Positions 1-8,218 of a stretch of DNA of 64,000 nucleotides are shown here, one piece after another. Source of the stretch: Candidatus Hydrogenedentota bacterium (lineage in GTDB: Bacteria > Hydrogenedentota > Hydrogenedentia > Hydrogenedentales > SLHB01); assembly GCA_045863335.1 (NCBI GenBank), contig BTVY01000001.1, forward strand, positions 104,671-168,670, in the 5' to 3' direction. Numbering within the stretch: position 1 is the first letter of the stretch; every line of letters begins with the position of its first letter. Below the pieces are notes generated by a model. The model saw only the letters and a list, made by a program, of their open reading frames with translations, did not search any database and was not told where the DNA came from. Made by a program: the position numbers and the translations under genes.

Positions 1-199
1 TCCCGCTCAAACGCCCTCGGAGCGCACTACGACTCCGCTTCCAACCTACTTGCGTGTACCAAGTTCCCCCTTCGAAGGGGGATCAAGGGGGATGTTCTTA
101 AGTCCCGCTCAAACGCCCTCGGAGCGCACTACGACTCCGCTTCCAACCTACTTGCGTTTACCAAGTTCCCCCTTCGAAGGGGGATCAAGGGGGATGTTC
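1..199. repeat. Tandem repeat with a 102-bp period (2 copies visible, truncated by the window start), each ending in a REP-like palindromic motif
   Basis: 1-97 and 103-199 differ at one position. Each contains TCCCCCTTCGAAGGGGGATCAAGGGGGATGT (65-95, 167-197). The array lies just downstream of folD. Confidence 0.9.
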
Positions 200-203
200 G
201 TCC

Positions 204-1052
204 CTACTGGATCAGCAACTCCGCCGCGTCGGCCGTCTGGTCGATCAACGTCGCGATGGTCATGGGCCCCACGCCGCCTGGCACCGGCGTGATCATGCTC
301 GCCCGCGCCGCCGCGCCGTCGAAATGCACGTCGCCCACGTTGCCCTCGTTGTATCCGGCGTCGAGCACGACCGCCCCCTCTTTCACCCAGTCGCCTTTGA
401 CAAACTCCGGCTTGCCGACCGCCGCCACGAGGATATCCGCCTGACGGCACACCTCCGGCAGGTTCTGGGTCCGCGAATGGCAAATGGTCACGGTCGCGTG
501 CCGCGCCAGCAGCATCATCGCCATGGGTTTCCCGAGGATCGGACTCCGCCCGATGACGACCGCGTGTTTGCCTTTGATCTCCACCTGGTAATGGTCGAGC
601 AAGCGCATCATGCCCGCGGGCGTGCAGGACCCGAAGCCCGGCAGGTCGAAACTGGTGGTGCCGAAACTGTGGATGGTCACGCCGTCGACGTCTTTGCTCG
701 GCGCTATGGCCTCGAAGGCCGCCCGCTCGTCGATCTGACTCGGTACGGGGTGTTGCAAGAGGATCCCGTGGACGCCGGGGTCGTTGCTCAGTTCCACGAT
801 CTTCGCGACGAGTTCCGCCGTGGTCGTCGTCTCCGGCATGTCGATCCGCAACGACGTCATCCCCACGGCTTCACACCGCCGGACCTTCATCTTCACGTAC
901 GTCGCCGACGCGGGATCGCTCCCCACCAGCACCGTCGCCAGACACGGCACCTGCCCCGTGCGCTCCACGATGGATTTCACCCGGTTCGCACAATTCTCGA
1001 GGATCTGCTGCGAGACGGTCTTGCCGTCCATGAGTATAGGTTGATTAGACAT
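204..1052 (-). CDS. folD: Bifunctional methylenetetrahydrofolate dehydrogenase/cyclohydrolase
   Basis: Motifs LATVLVGSDPASATYV, KDVDG, CTPAG, GRSPILGKP and TPVPGGVGPMT. Start placed at ATG 1052, 7 nt downstream of TATAAT. Confidence 0.96.
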   Translation of the reverse strand: MSNQPILMDGKTVSQQILENCANRVKSIVERTGQVPCLATVLVGSDPASATYVKMKVRRCEAVGMTSLRIDMPETTTTAELVAKIVELSNDPGVHGILLQHPVPSQIDERAAFEAIAPSKDVDGVTIHSFGTTSFDLPGFGSCTPAGMMRLLDHYQVEIKGKHAVVIGRSPILGKPMAMMLLARHATVTICHSRTQNLPEVCRQADILVAAVGKPEFVKGDWVKEGAVVLDAGYNEGNVGDVHFDGAAARASMITPVPGGVGPMTIATLIDQTADAAELLIQ

Positions 1053-1095
1053 AGGCCGGATTATACCGATCCAAAACGTCCGAAGGGAAGTGTCA

Positions 1096-1166
1096 TTTGC
1101 CACAAAAGAACGCAAAGAACACGAAGAATCGTCTCCCTTTTCGCGTTCTTTGCGTTCTTTCGTGGC
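1096..1166. repeat. Imperfect inverted repeat built from 9-mer units, between miaB and folD
   Basis: GCCACAAAAGAACGCAAAGAACACGAAGA ... TTTTCGCGTTCTTTGCGTTCTTTCGTGGC. Confidence 0.75.
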
Positions 1167-1187
1167 TCATCTCTTTGTGGTTGGATA

Positions 1188-2537
1188 CTACGCGCCAACG
1201 GGTACCGCAATCGGCTCGCTGTCGAGCCAATGCATGTCCGCCGCCGTCACCCGCACGCGCACCATGTCCCCAATCTCAAAGTCCCCGCCGCGGACCGTGA
1301 TCGGACGGAACCCATCGGTCCGCCCGTTCATGGCGTTCCGAAAACGCGGGTTCGCGCTGTCGATGAGGACGTCCTGCTCCGTGCCCACGTAGTGCGCCGT
1401 GCGCTCGCGGGTGACCTGCTCCTGCAACGCGATGACCCGCGCCAGCCGCTCCTCCTTCACCTCGCGCGGCACGTCGTCTTCCATCTTCGCGGCCTTCGTG
1501 TTGGGACGCGTCGAATATTTGAATGGAAAAATCTGGCTGAACCCGACTTCCTCCACCACGCGCAGCGTCCCCTCGAAATCCTCGTCCGACTCCGTCGGGA
1601 ACCCGACGATGAGGTCCGTGCTCAATTCTATGGACGGGTTGATCGACCGCATGTAACGCACCTTCGCCAGGTACTCGTCGATTGTGTGCCCCCGGTTCAT
1701 CATGGTGAGCATCCGGTCGGACCCCGCCTGGAAGGGCAGGTGCAACTGGTTGCAGATCGTGGGCCGTTCCGCCATGAGGTCGGACAAGCGGTCGTTCCAA
1801 TCGTTGGGATGGGGCGACGTGAAGCGCACGCGCTTCAACCCCTCGACCTGCGACACCTGATCGAGCAGTTCGTAGAACCCCACGTCGTGCGCCCGGTACG
1901 AATTCACGTTCTGGCCCAGCAACCAGATTTCCTTCGCGCCCCGCTGGACGAGGTCCCGCACTTCCCGCAGGATGTTGTCCGCTTCGCGGCTGACTTCGCG
2001 CCCCCGCGTGAACGGCACGATGCAGAAGGTGCAGAAGTTGTCACAGCCTTTCGTGATGGACACGTACGCCTTGCACCCCTCCACATGCCCGCCTTCGACC
2101 CATTCCTCGGGCACGAAGTTCTGGACCCGGTCCGCCGCGCGAGGAAGCCACTTCGTCATCAGCACCCGTTCGCCCCGCCGCACCGACGCGATCATCTCGG
2201 GCAGCTTGAAGAAGTTGTCGGGACCAAACACCATATCGACCGCCTTCTCGCGCTTCAGGATGGTTTCCCCCTCCTGCTGCGCCACACAGCCCCCCACGCC
2301 GATGATCAGGTCCGGGTCCCGCTGCTTCAGCTTCCGCAACCGCCCCAACAGACTGTAGACCTTGTTCTCCGGATTCTCCCGCACCGAACACGTGTTCAAC
2401 AGGATCAACGACGCCTCGTCCGGGTCCTGGGTCATCTCAAACCCCTCCCGGCCCAGGATCTCCATCATCCGAAAGCTGTCATGCTCATTCATCTGACAGC
2501 CAAAGGTCTGTATGTACGCTTTCGACGGCTTCATCAT
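1188..2537 (-). CDS. miaB: tRNA-2-methylthio-N6-dimethylallyladenosine synthase (radical SAM methylthiotransferase)
   Basis: TFGCQMNEHDS, LNTCSVRE, radical SAM motif CDNFCTFC, LLGQNVNSY and a C-terminal TRAM-like domain. Confidence 0.96.
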   Translation of the reverse strand: MMKPSKAYIQTFGCQMNEHDSFRMMEILGREGFEMTQDPDEASLILLNTCSVRENPENKVYSLLGRLRKLKQRDPDLIIGVGGCVAQQEGETILKREKAVDMVFGPDNFFKLPEMIASVRRGERVLMTKWLPRAADRVQNFVPEEWVEGGHVEGCKAYVSITKGCDNFCTFCIVPFTRGREVSREADNILREVRDLVQRGAKEIWLLGQNVNSYRAHDVGFYELLDQVSQVEGLKRVRFTSPHPNDWNDRLSDLMAERPTICNQLHLPFQAGSDRMLTMMNRGHTIDEYLAKVRYMRSINPSIELSTDLIVGFPTESDEDFEGTLRVVEEVGFSQIFPFKYSTRPNTKAAKMEDDVPREVKEERLARVIALQEQVTRERTAHYVGTEQDVLIDSANPRFRNAMNGRTDGFRPITVRGGDFEIGDMVRVRVTAADMHWLDSEPIAVPVGA

Positions 2538-2672
2538 TCGCTCAATTCAGGTCCAATCACCTTGCATCGCGCATCATTCCGCGCAAGTAGATAGGATAGC
2601 GGATGGGGGCGTGGGAAGGCAAAAAGCAGGGATGACAAACTGTCGAGACACGGGTACCTGCCGACGAGGTCG

Positions 2673-3188
2673 TTAGCGTTTTGACCGGACACCGAGGTAG
2701 TCAGAGATGTTGCGGCGGATGATTACCTCGGCGTCTTCGAGTGTTCCTTCCACGAGGGCATCGGAGGGAAGCCAATTGAACACGTTTGGACCTTGGTACA
2801 GCAGAATGCCGTCCTGGACGCGCCGGGCCGCAGTGAACGCGGCCCACGCCACGGTCGATTCGGACTTGGGACCCGTTGCGCGAAGACCCGAATCGGAGAT
2901 CTCAATGCGATACCGATCGTTGAGCCCCGGCGATTTACGCAGCCGTCGTCTCATTAGCAATTGGTCGAGCTGCGGCGCAAAAACCAGTAACGCGAGCACA
3001 ATCAGCATCGGGAAAAAGACAACGCCAATCCGCCCGATCGCACCCAGAATCATCAGAACGGTTATGGGAACCGCGAGGGCGATCTTCAATGTCCGCTCGT
3101 AGGGCCTCGCCTTACGGCAGCGTAGCCACGTCCGGTGCATTTGCAGGACGAAGACCTCGTCCAATGTGAACTCAAATACGGCCATCAC
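2673..3188 (-). CDS. YcxB-like two-TM membrane protein
   Basis: Two hydrophobic helices followed by a YcxB-like beta-rich C-terminus (ISDSGLRATGPKSESTVAW...GILLY). Confidence 0.65.
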   Translation of the reverse strand: MMAVFEFTLDEVFVLQMHRTWLRCRKARPYERTLKIALAVPITVLMILGAIGRIGVVFFPMLIVLALLVFAPQLDQLLMRRRLRKSPGLNDRYRIEISDSGLRATGPKSESTVAWAAFTAARRVQDGILLYQGPNVFNWLPSDALVEGTLEDAEVIIRRNISDYLGVRSKR

Positions 3189-3213
3189 AGATCCGCGCCC
3201 TTGATCCCGCGAA

Positions 3214-3289
3214 TCAATCCGACAAATACATCTTGTGCAGAATGGTCAGAACGATGATGGCGACATCGATGAGCAGGTACAAGGACCAT
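3214..3289 (-). pseudogene. Frameshifted copy of a hydrophobic microprotein (LYLLIDVAIIVLTILHKMYLSD)
   Basis: Homologous to the intact ORF at 5348-5422. One extra base follows ATG GTC, and there is an A>D change in the hydrophobic stretch. An in-frame TTG at 3282 could be an alternative start. Confidence 0.6.
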
Positions 3290-3703
3290 GGCGATGCCTT
3301 TCCGTTCGCGTGTTCGCTCCAGATGCGGTTCACTGGGACTATAGTAACAGAAAGCAGAGCAGTTGCGAATCAGAAACAAAAGTTGGATACCCGCCTTCGC
3401 GGGCATGATGGTGCGGGTGGCATGACGTGGATGGGTGGCACGAAGGTTACCGGCCCGGCAGAAGGTCACCGGTGCGGGTCACGCCTTCGAGCGTGGTGCC
3501 AGACGGTTGACTGCAACGCGCGGACCCTTTCCGATCGCGTCGAGTCTTTCGCCAAGAAAACGGGCGGGACGCCCGTTCTCCTTATCAATCCCATTTCTTG
3601 AATCGGTGAAAATCTGTGGAACGCGCCTCGGCACAGCCTGCGGCGTGGTGGACCCCGATCTCTTGCTCCATCATCTGCGCCAATCCGCGTCATCTGCGGA
3701 CAC
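3214..3703. repeat. Copy 1 of a ~500 bp dispersed direct repeat (partner at 5348-5885)
   Basis: Collinear similarity by eye from TCAATCCGACAAATACA to ATCTGCGGACAC, including shared blocks GGTTACCGGCCCGGC, GGTCACGCCTTCGAGC, TTCCGATCGCGTCGAGTCTT and AAACGGGCGGGACGCCCGTTCTCCTT. Confidence 0.9.
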
Positions 3704-3760
3704 GTTCTCCGAAGTAGCCGACTCCGCCAGGCGCGACTCAACGCTGATAAGGAGATGTTA

Positions 3761-3980
3761 TGGAGTGCGGCCACGCTACGGGCGTGGCTGCTTTGTATTC
3801 GGGGGCGTAGGGAAGCCCTGAGATTGTCCCGACGCAAGATGGTGAGCTAAATCGCCACGCATGTAGACTCTCGCGAATTGAAATGGATTGAAGTTGCGCT
3901 TCGCCAAACCGAAGATTTCTACGGTTCTTAGGTCAGTCTGCCCCAATGGGTACAAAGCAGCCGCAAGCAACCGCACTCCA
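3761..3980. repeat. Inverted pair of REP-like elements
   Basis: TGGAGTGCGG (3761-3770) pairs with CCGCACTCCA (3971-3980), and GGCTGCTTTGTA (3786-3797) pairs with TACAAAGCAGCC (3951-3962). Confidence 0.7.
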
Positions 3981-4049
3981 AAGTTCGCCGAGGCACTTAC
4001 GTGTCCCCATTTGTGGGAGTCTGACAAAGAATCTCCAGCCTGTTGCTCG

Positions 4050-4430
4050 TCAGCGCCAGAGGTCGCCGCTTCGCAGGAATTCTTTGAACCGCTGGTCCCA
4101 GTTTCCGAGGGACGCGATGAGCAGCACATACGTGAAGTCGTCGGGGATGGGTCGCTTTGGAAGTTTGTAGGGCCATTTGAAGGTGATGTAGTCGGTGTCG
4201 GCGCCGCGCGAATGGAAGGTCCGGTAATACCGTTTCCGGGCGTCCTTGATGAGGGCAGTTCGGGGTATGAGCGTGGCCGGCGGCGGACCCTCTCCCACCG
4301 TAGTGTGTTTCTGGAGCGTCTTCTGCATGGCGGCGATCTTCTTCAAAAAGAACTGCTGGACTTCTGGCGGGAACTGTTCAAGACGCGCAACGGCGCGGGT
4401 TGAGAATTCGACGGTGACGCGTTGGGCCAT
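4050..4430 (-). CDS. Hypothetical basic protein with a RelE/ParE-like N-terminus; putative type II toxin
   Basis: VTVEFSTRAVARLEQFPPEVQ resembles the RelE beta1-alpha1 pattern. It starts 7 nt downstream of an XRE HTH gene. Confidence 0.45.
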   Translation of the reverse strand: MAQRVTVEFSTRAVARLEQFPPEVQQFFLKKIAAMQKTLQKHTTVGEGPPPATLIPRTALIKDARKRYYRTFHSRGADTDYITFKWPYKLPKRPIPDDFTYVLLIASLGNWDQRFKEFLRSGDLWR

Positions 4431-4437
4431 GCTCCGG

Positions 4438-4818
4438 CTATTTCCGCTTCAGACGTTTCTTGACTTGGTCGAATGGGATGGCGCCCTCGCGGTCGGCGGC
4501 GCGGACGGCATCGTCGGTCTCTTTGTACAGGGCGTCTTCTTCGAGGGAGGCGTCGATGGCGAACCGTATAAGATCGGGCAGCGCGACGCCGAGGCCGGTG
4601 CTGATGCGGAACAACGTGTTGACGTTGTTGATGCGCTTGCCGCGTTCGACTTGTGAAACGGCCGCCTGCGTGACGCCGCACCGTTCGGCCAACGTCCGCT
4701 GCGTCAACCCGCGATACTGGCGCAAACGAAGGATGGACCGCCCCAGACGCGTGTCGAGATCGATGCCATCCGCAGACATCTGTTGTATCGCGTGCTCGTC
4801 CAGGTCCAACGTTAGCAT
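4438..4818 (-). CDS. XRE-family HTH protein; putative antitoxin
   Basis: LRLRQYRGLTQRTLAERCGVTQAAVSQVERG is a classic HTH_3. The acidic tail ending GAIPFDQVKKRL resembles antitoxin C-termini. Confidence 0.8.
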   Translation of the reverse strand: MLTLDLDEHAIQQMSADGIDLDTRLGRSILRLRQYRGLTQRTLAERCGVTQAAVSQVERGKRINNVNTLFRISTGLGVALPDLIRFAIDASLEEDALYKETDDAVRAADREGAIPFDQVKKRLKRK

Positions 4819-4893
4819 GTCAATGGTACTCCGCCGTTAATCCATGGCAACGCAATCAAGGATACGCTTGGGACATGCTCCGATATCGAATAC

Positions 4894-5052
4894 ACATCCC
4901 CCTTGATCCCCCTTCAAAGGGGGAGTGTCGCACAACCCTTCGGGTTGTGTTGGGGAACGGATTCGGCTCATATTCGGAGCAAATCACGCCCTATATACTG
5001 ACAACTGTACTTACGCGCAATTCCCCCTTTGAAGGGGGATCAAGGGGGATGT
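4894..5052. repeat. Perfect 31-bp inverted repeat with a 97-bp spacer (REPIN/MITE-like)
   Basis: ACATCCCCCTTGATCCCCCTTCAAAGGGGGA (4894-4924) is the exact reverse complement of 5022-5052. Same family as the motifs at 65-95 and 167-197. Confidence 0.9.
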
Positions 5053-5075
5053 TCTTCATCGTGTTGCGCTCACTT

Positions 5076-5282
5076 CTACAGGCACTCGGCCGTCTCCTGC
5101 AAACTGGCGGCGACATCCGATAGGGGCGCGCGGTCTTCCAAGAGCCGATAGACCTTCTCCAAGCGCCTCGCGACCTTTCGGGACTTCCCGGCGGACAATT
5201 CGGCGGCTGTCAGTTCGACCTTCAAGGCGGTTTCCCAAGCCTTGGAATAATCGCCGTCCGAAACCAGCTTTCTCGCGGTCAT
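5076..5282 (-). CDS. Small hypothetical helical protein (68 aa)
   Basis: GAGG RBS upstream, and a promoter with an operator at 5314-5345. No family recognised. Confidence 0.55.
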   Translation of the reverse strand: MTARKLVSDGDYSKAWETALKVELTAAELSAGKSRKVARRLEKVYRLLEDRAPLSDVAASLQETAECL

Positions 5283-5313
5283 CGCATGCACCTCGTCCGG
5301 TTGAACCTACAGT

Positions 5314-5345
5314 CAGAATATAACACATCGTTATATTCTGCGCAA
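5314..5345 (-). promoter_or_regulatory. Sigma70-like promoter overlapped by a palindromic operator
   Basis: Perfect inverted repeat CAGAATATAAC-N5-GTTATATTCTG (5314-5340). Minus strand reads TTGCGC-17 nt-TATATT with a TGn extension. Confidence 0.65.
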
Positions 5346-5347
5346 GG

Positions 5348-5422
5348 TCAATCCGACAAATACAGCTTGTGCAACACGATCAACGCAATGATGCCAACAG
5401 CGATAAGCAGGTACAGGATCAT
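5348..5422 (-). CDS. 24-aa single-TM microprotein MILYLLIAVGIIALIVLHKLYLSD
   Basis: Translated by hand. G-rich RBS, -10 TACTAT conserved in both copies (5473-5478; 3341-3346), and mostly conservative substitutions versus the paralog at 3214-3289. Confidence 0.7.
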   Translation of the reverse strand: MILYLLIAVGIIALIVLHKLYLSD

Positions 5423-5885
5423 GGCGATGCCCCCCGTTCCGATCTCTGGCCCCGATGCGGTTTACTGGGTCTATAGTACCCAAAGGAATGTACGAATTGC
5501 GATTTGGGCCTTGCGAAGATGGATACCCGCCTTCCCTGCTACGCAGCAAGCTCCGCCGAGACAAGCGCGGGCATGACGGTATGGGGTGGCGTCGCGTGGA
5601 TGGATGCACGACGGTTACCGGCCCGGCGGAAGATCACCGGTGGGGGTCACGCCTTCGAGCCTGATGCCACACGGTTGACTGAAACGCGCGGACCTATTCC
5701 GATCGCGTCGAGTCTTACGCCACGAAACGGGCGGGACGCCCGTTCTCCTTGCAATCCCGTTTCTTGATTCGGTGTGAATCGGTACAACACACCCCGGCGT
5801 AGCTTCGGGCACAGCCACGCCTGCGGCGTGGTGGACGCTCAAATCTTCGTCGTCATCCGCGGCCATCCGCGCAATCTGCGGACAC
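5348..5885. repeat. Copy 2 of the ~500 bp dispersed direct repeat
   Basis: Collinear with 3214-3703, plus a 32-nt insertion (5534-5565) inside the GGATACCCGCCTTCGCGGGCATGA REP hairpin. Confidence 0.9.
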
Positions 5886-5923
5886 AATCTTTATTGGGTA
5901 ACGGCCCCTCATCCCCGAGTCGC

Positions 5924-6572
5924 CGTAATCGATTGAATTTCTGCCCCTACAACCTCCAGCCCCCAGTCTCCAGTCTGTTTACCCCCGTGTCCCCGTAATT
6001 GATTGAACTTCCTGCGCCTGGCAGCCCGTGGCGAAAGTCCGCATTCGGAAGATTGTAGCGTCCCGCCTTCCACGGCGGGCGTCTTTTTCCGCTCAAATCT
6101 GCGATTCTGAGTCTCGCCCGGCATGGAAACCGGGCGCTACAGGACTGAGTCTCGCCCGGCATGGAAACCGGCGCTACAGGGCTTTTCCGACGGACTGCCA
6201 CAACCTCCAGCCTCATCCCGACTGCAACACCCCGCTCTCTCTATAGTGAGGAGTACTCCACCTATGACACACGACTCCCAGCACCGGCCCCGCAACTCCA
6301 ACGCCGATCGCCTCGAACTCCACGCTCCTCCGGATGCGACTGAGACCCCCTTGAATCGTCAAAAAAGCAACCGCCTCCCCCAGCCTCCCCGGACCATTGG
6401 CACATGCCTCGACCTGCGCGCAACCCATTACCCAGTCGCCACTTGGCAGAAGGGTTCACCAATTCCGCATTCCGCAATCCGCAATTGGATCCCCCCTTGA
6501 ATCGTCAAAAAATAAACCGGGTGCACCCTCTTCTCCAGCCTCCAGCCTCCAGTCTCCAGTCTCCGGTCTCCC
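5924..6572. repeat. Mosaic of short repeats
   Basis: CTCCAG(C/T) heptamer runs (about 5948-5976 and 6533-6571). Tandem GTAG-type REP CTGAGTCTCGCCCGGCATGGAAACCG(G)GCGCTACAGG (6107-6143, 6145-6180). Exact 21-mer CCCCCTTGAATCGTCAAAAAA (6346-6366, 6492-6512). TCCGCA(A/T) heptamers (6461-6487). Confidence 0.8.
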
Positions 6573-6640
6573 GCCTGTGACGAACGTCACCTTCGCTGGT
6601 ATTTGCATGCGGTTGTCCCAACACAAAGGAGTTTCAGGTT

Positions 6641-6760
6641 ATGAAGCACGTGAAAAAGGTATCGAAGCTGCATCCCTCGAAGCCGGCCGTGGCGGCCGTC
6701 GTCATCGGCGAAAAGGCATCCAAAGAGGAAAAGAAAGAACCCGCCACAATGGCGTCGTAG
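6641..6760 (+). CDS. MKHV-family microprotein 1 (39 aa): MKHVKKVSKLHPSKPAVAAVVIGEKASKEEKKEPATMAS
   Basis: AAGGAG RBS at 6626-6631. Homologous N-terminus in four other sORFs. Followed by a strong hairpin. Confidence 0.85.
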   Translation: MKHVKKVSKLHPSKPAVAAVVIGEKASKEEKKEPATMAS

Positions 6761-6791
6761 CTGGAACAGCAAGAGATCGATTTAGTGAAAC

Positions 6792-6823
6792 GGGGTGTGG
6801 CGGCGGGCACGCCGCCACACCCC
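6792..6823 (+). terminator. Perfect 14-bp GC-rich hairpin after microprotein 1
   Basis: GGGGTGTGGCGGCG-GGCA-CGCCGCCACACCCC. The U-tract is weak, so it may be a stabilising or processing stem instead. Confidence 0.55.
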
Positions 6824-6901
6824 CTGCATTTCACGCCGTGATGAATCGCCCCGTCGTCTGTACTCGAAATAACGGTGACAACGACACAGGAGGCTCAAGT
6901 C

Positions 6902-7015
6902 ATGAAACACATCCATCAAATGTCCAAGCTGCATCCGCCGAAAACGGCCGTGGCCCTGCCGGTGAAGGCAAAGCCCTTGAAGGAGCCCAAAGAAGGAACG
7001 GGCGCCATGGATTAG
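6902..7015 (+). CDS. MKHV-family microprotein 2 (37 aa): MKHIHQMSKLHPPKTAVALPVKAKPLKEPKEGTGAMD
   Basis: AGGAGG RBS 8 nt upstream. Shares SKLHP.K.AVA with microprotein 1. Confidence 0.85.
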   Translation: MKHIHQMSKLHPPKTAVALPVKAKPLKEPKEGTGAMD

Positions 7016-7167
7016 GCGGGCTATCTCACGTAAGTAAAACGCACTGGGGAGCGAGCGCACACGCGACCGCTCCCCAATGGAATAAACGCGCATCATTGGA
7101 CGGGACCGCCACGAAACGCAGACCCGTCCCACTTCTCAATTCTTAATTCATAATTCGTAATTCTTAA

Positions 7168-8037
7168 TTAAAACGAAACCGTTCCGCCGACGAAGGCGCC
7201 GTTCATGATCACCTGGTACTCGTCGTCATCGTCTTCGTATTCGAGGTTCCAGTAGCGGTAGCCGCCTTCGAGTTCCAGCCACTGGGTCAACCGGAATTTT
7301 AACGCTGCTTCGGCGTTGAAGAAGTTCCCGTAGTCGCCGGCGTACATGCCGTAGGCCTGGGCCTCGAGACTGAGCCGGTCTATCGGCCGGAACTCCATGC
7401 CAAGTCCCACGATGGGCAAGCCCGCCGTGACGTCCTCTTCGTCCTGGTAATAGAGGTCCACGTTCAGGAAGTCCAACTCGTCCGGCAACAGGCGGCCCAG
7501 ATCGCGGCGCACGTCGCGCGCCCAATCGGGAAAGACCTTGCGCCACGCGCCGCCCACGGGATAGGCCTCGTATTCGCCGGACACGTCGAACCCCTGCACG
7601 CCGAGAATGGTTTCGATATTGAATTTGGCATCCGGCTGGAAGAACGACCGGCGCCAATCCAGCCGCAGGAAATGAAGGTCGGAATCCACCTCGAGATGGG
7701 CAAATAGCGGAATGAACGAATCGTCCACCACCACGCCCTCGGCGATGATCTCGTCGCCGTCGAAGCTCATCTGGTTGTACGCAAGCTCGAAGGCATGCTT
7801 GGGCAGGAACTGCCAACGCAGGATCGCTTCCGGACTGTAATCGTCGTCGATGGCGAGTTGATCGTCGAGGTCCAGCTTATCCCCGCTGAGGTCTTTCACC
7901 AGCGAGGTTTCCGCGCTGAAATCCACGCGCCAGGCGCGGAGCGTCAGCGAGAGGCGGTCAAACTCGACCGTTTCTTCCTGGGCAACTACGGCGCCGCAGA
8001 ACGCGACCGCCACGAGGATTGGGAGTAAGTACTTCAT
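7168..8037 (-). CDS. Outer-membrane beta-barrel protein
   Basis: Sec signal MKYLLPILVAVAFCGAVVA, alternating amphipathic strands (LELEGGYRYWNLEY) and a C-terminal Phe. Confidence 0.8.
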   Translation of the reverse strand: MKYLLPILVAVAFCGAVVAQEETVEFDRLSLTLRAWRVDFSAETSLVKDLSGDKLDLDDQLAIDDDYSPEAILRWQFLPKHAFELAYNQMSFDGDEIIAEGVVVDDSFIPLFAHLEVDSDLHFLRLDWRRSFFQPDAKFNIETILGVQGFDVSGEYEAYPVGGAWRKVFPDWARDVRRDLGRLLPDELDFLNVDLYYQDEEDVTAGLPIVGLGMEFRPIDRLSLEAQAYGMYAGDYGNFFNAEAALKFRLTQWLELEGGYRYWNLEYEDDDDEYQVIMNGAFVGGTVSF

Positions 8038-8218
8038 GGTCAATATCCTTTCCACAACGCTGTTGTGCGTCCTTCCCCGAGTCGAAGTGACTCCTCTCAC
8101 AACGTCGTCTGTACCTATTATCGGACGCAAAGTCCTGTCTGTAAAGGGGTAATCCCCGAAATTTCAAAATAGATTCTGTAAATTCTAAGAAAGGTTCCGG
8201 GGGAGATCTCGATTTGAC

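Noticed and set aside
1-199. Possible CRISPR array
   Set aside because: The whole 102-bp unit is repeated, so there are no unique spacers. No cas genes are present, and the motif recurs as a REP-like element at 4894-5052.
1188-2537. Radical SAM enzyme as a maturase for the microproteins
   Set aside because: It is a canonical MiaB tRNA methylthiotransferase with no RRE or SPASM domain.
324-2594. 756-aa + strand ORF (also 10490-11794, 22676-23833 and 57766-60366)
   Set aside because: These are antisense shadows of well-supported genes (folD/miaB, sulfatase, cheA, dnaE), as expected in GC-rich DNA.
2600-6200. Integron cassette array
   Set aside because: There is no integrase, and I could not identify attC sites with RYYYAAC/GTTRRRY ends. 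The repeats look like REP families.
6264-6500. ORF with a GAGGAG RBS (MTHDSQHRPR...)
   Set aside because: It runs into repeat-derived sequence with no recognisable protein features. It may be a gene remnant, but I cannot support it.
6397-7146. 249-aa ORF in the track
   Set aside because: It runs through heptamer repeats and hairpins and overlaps, out of frame, the two microproteins that have RBSs and paralogs.
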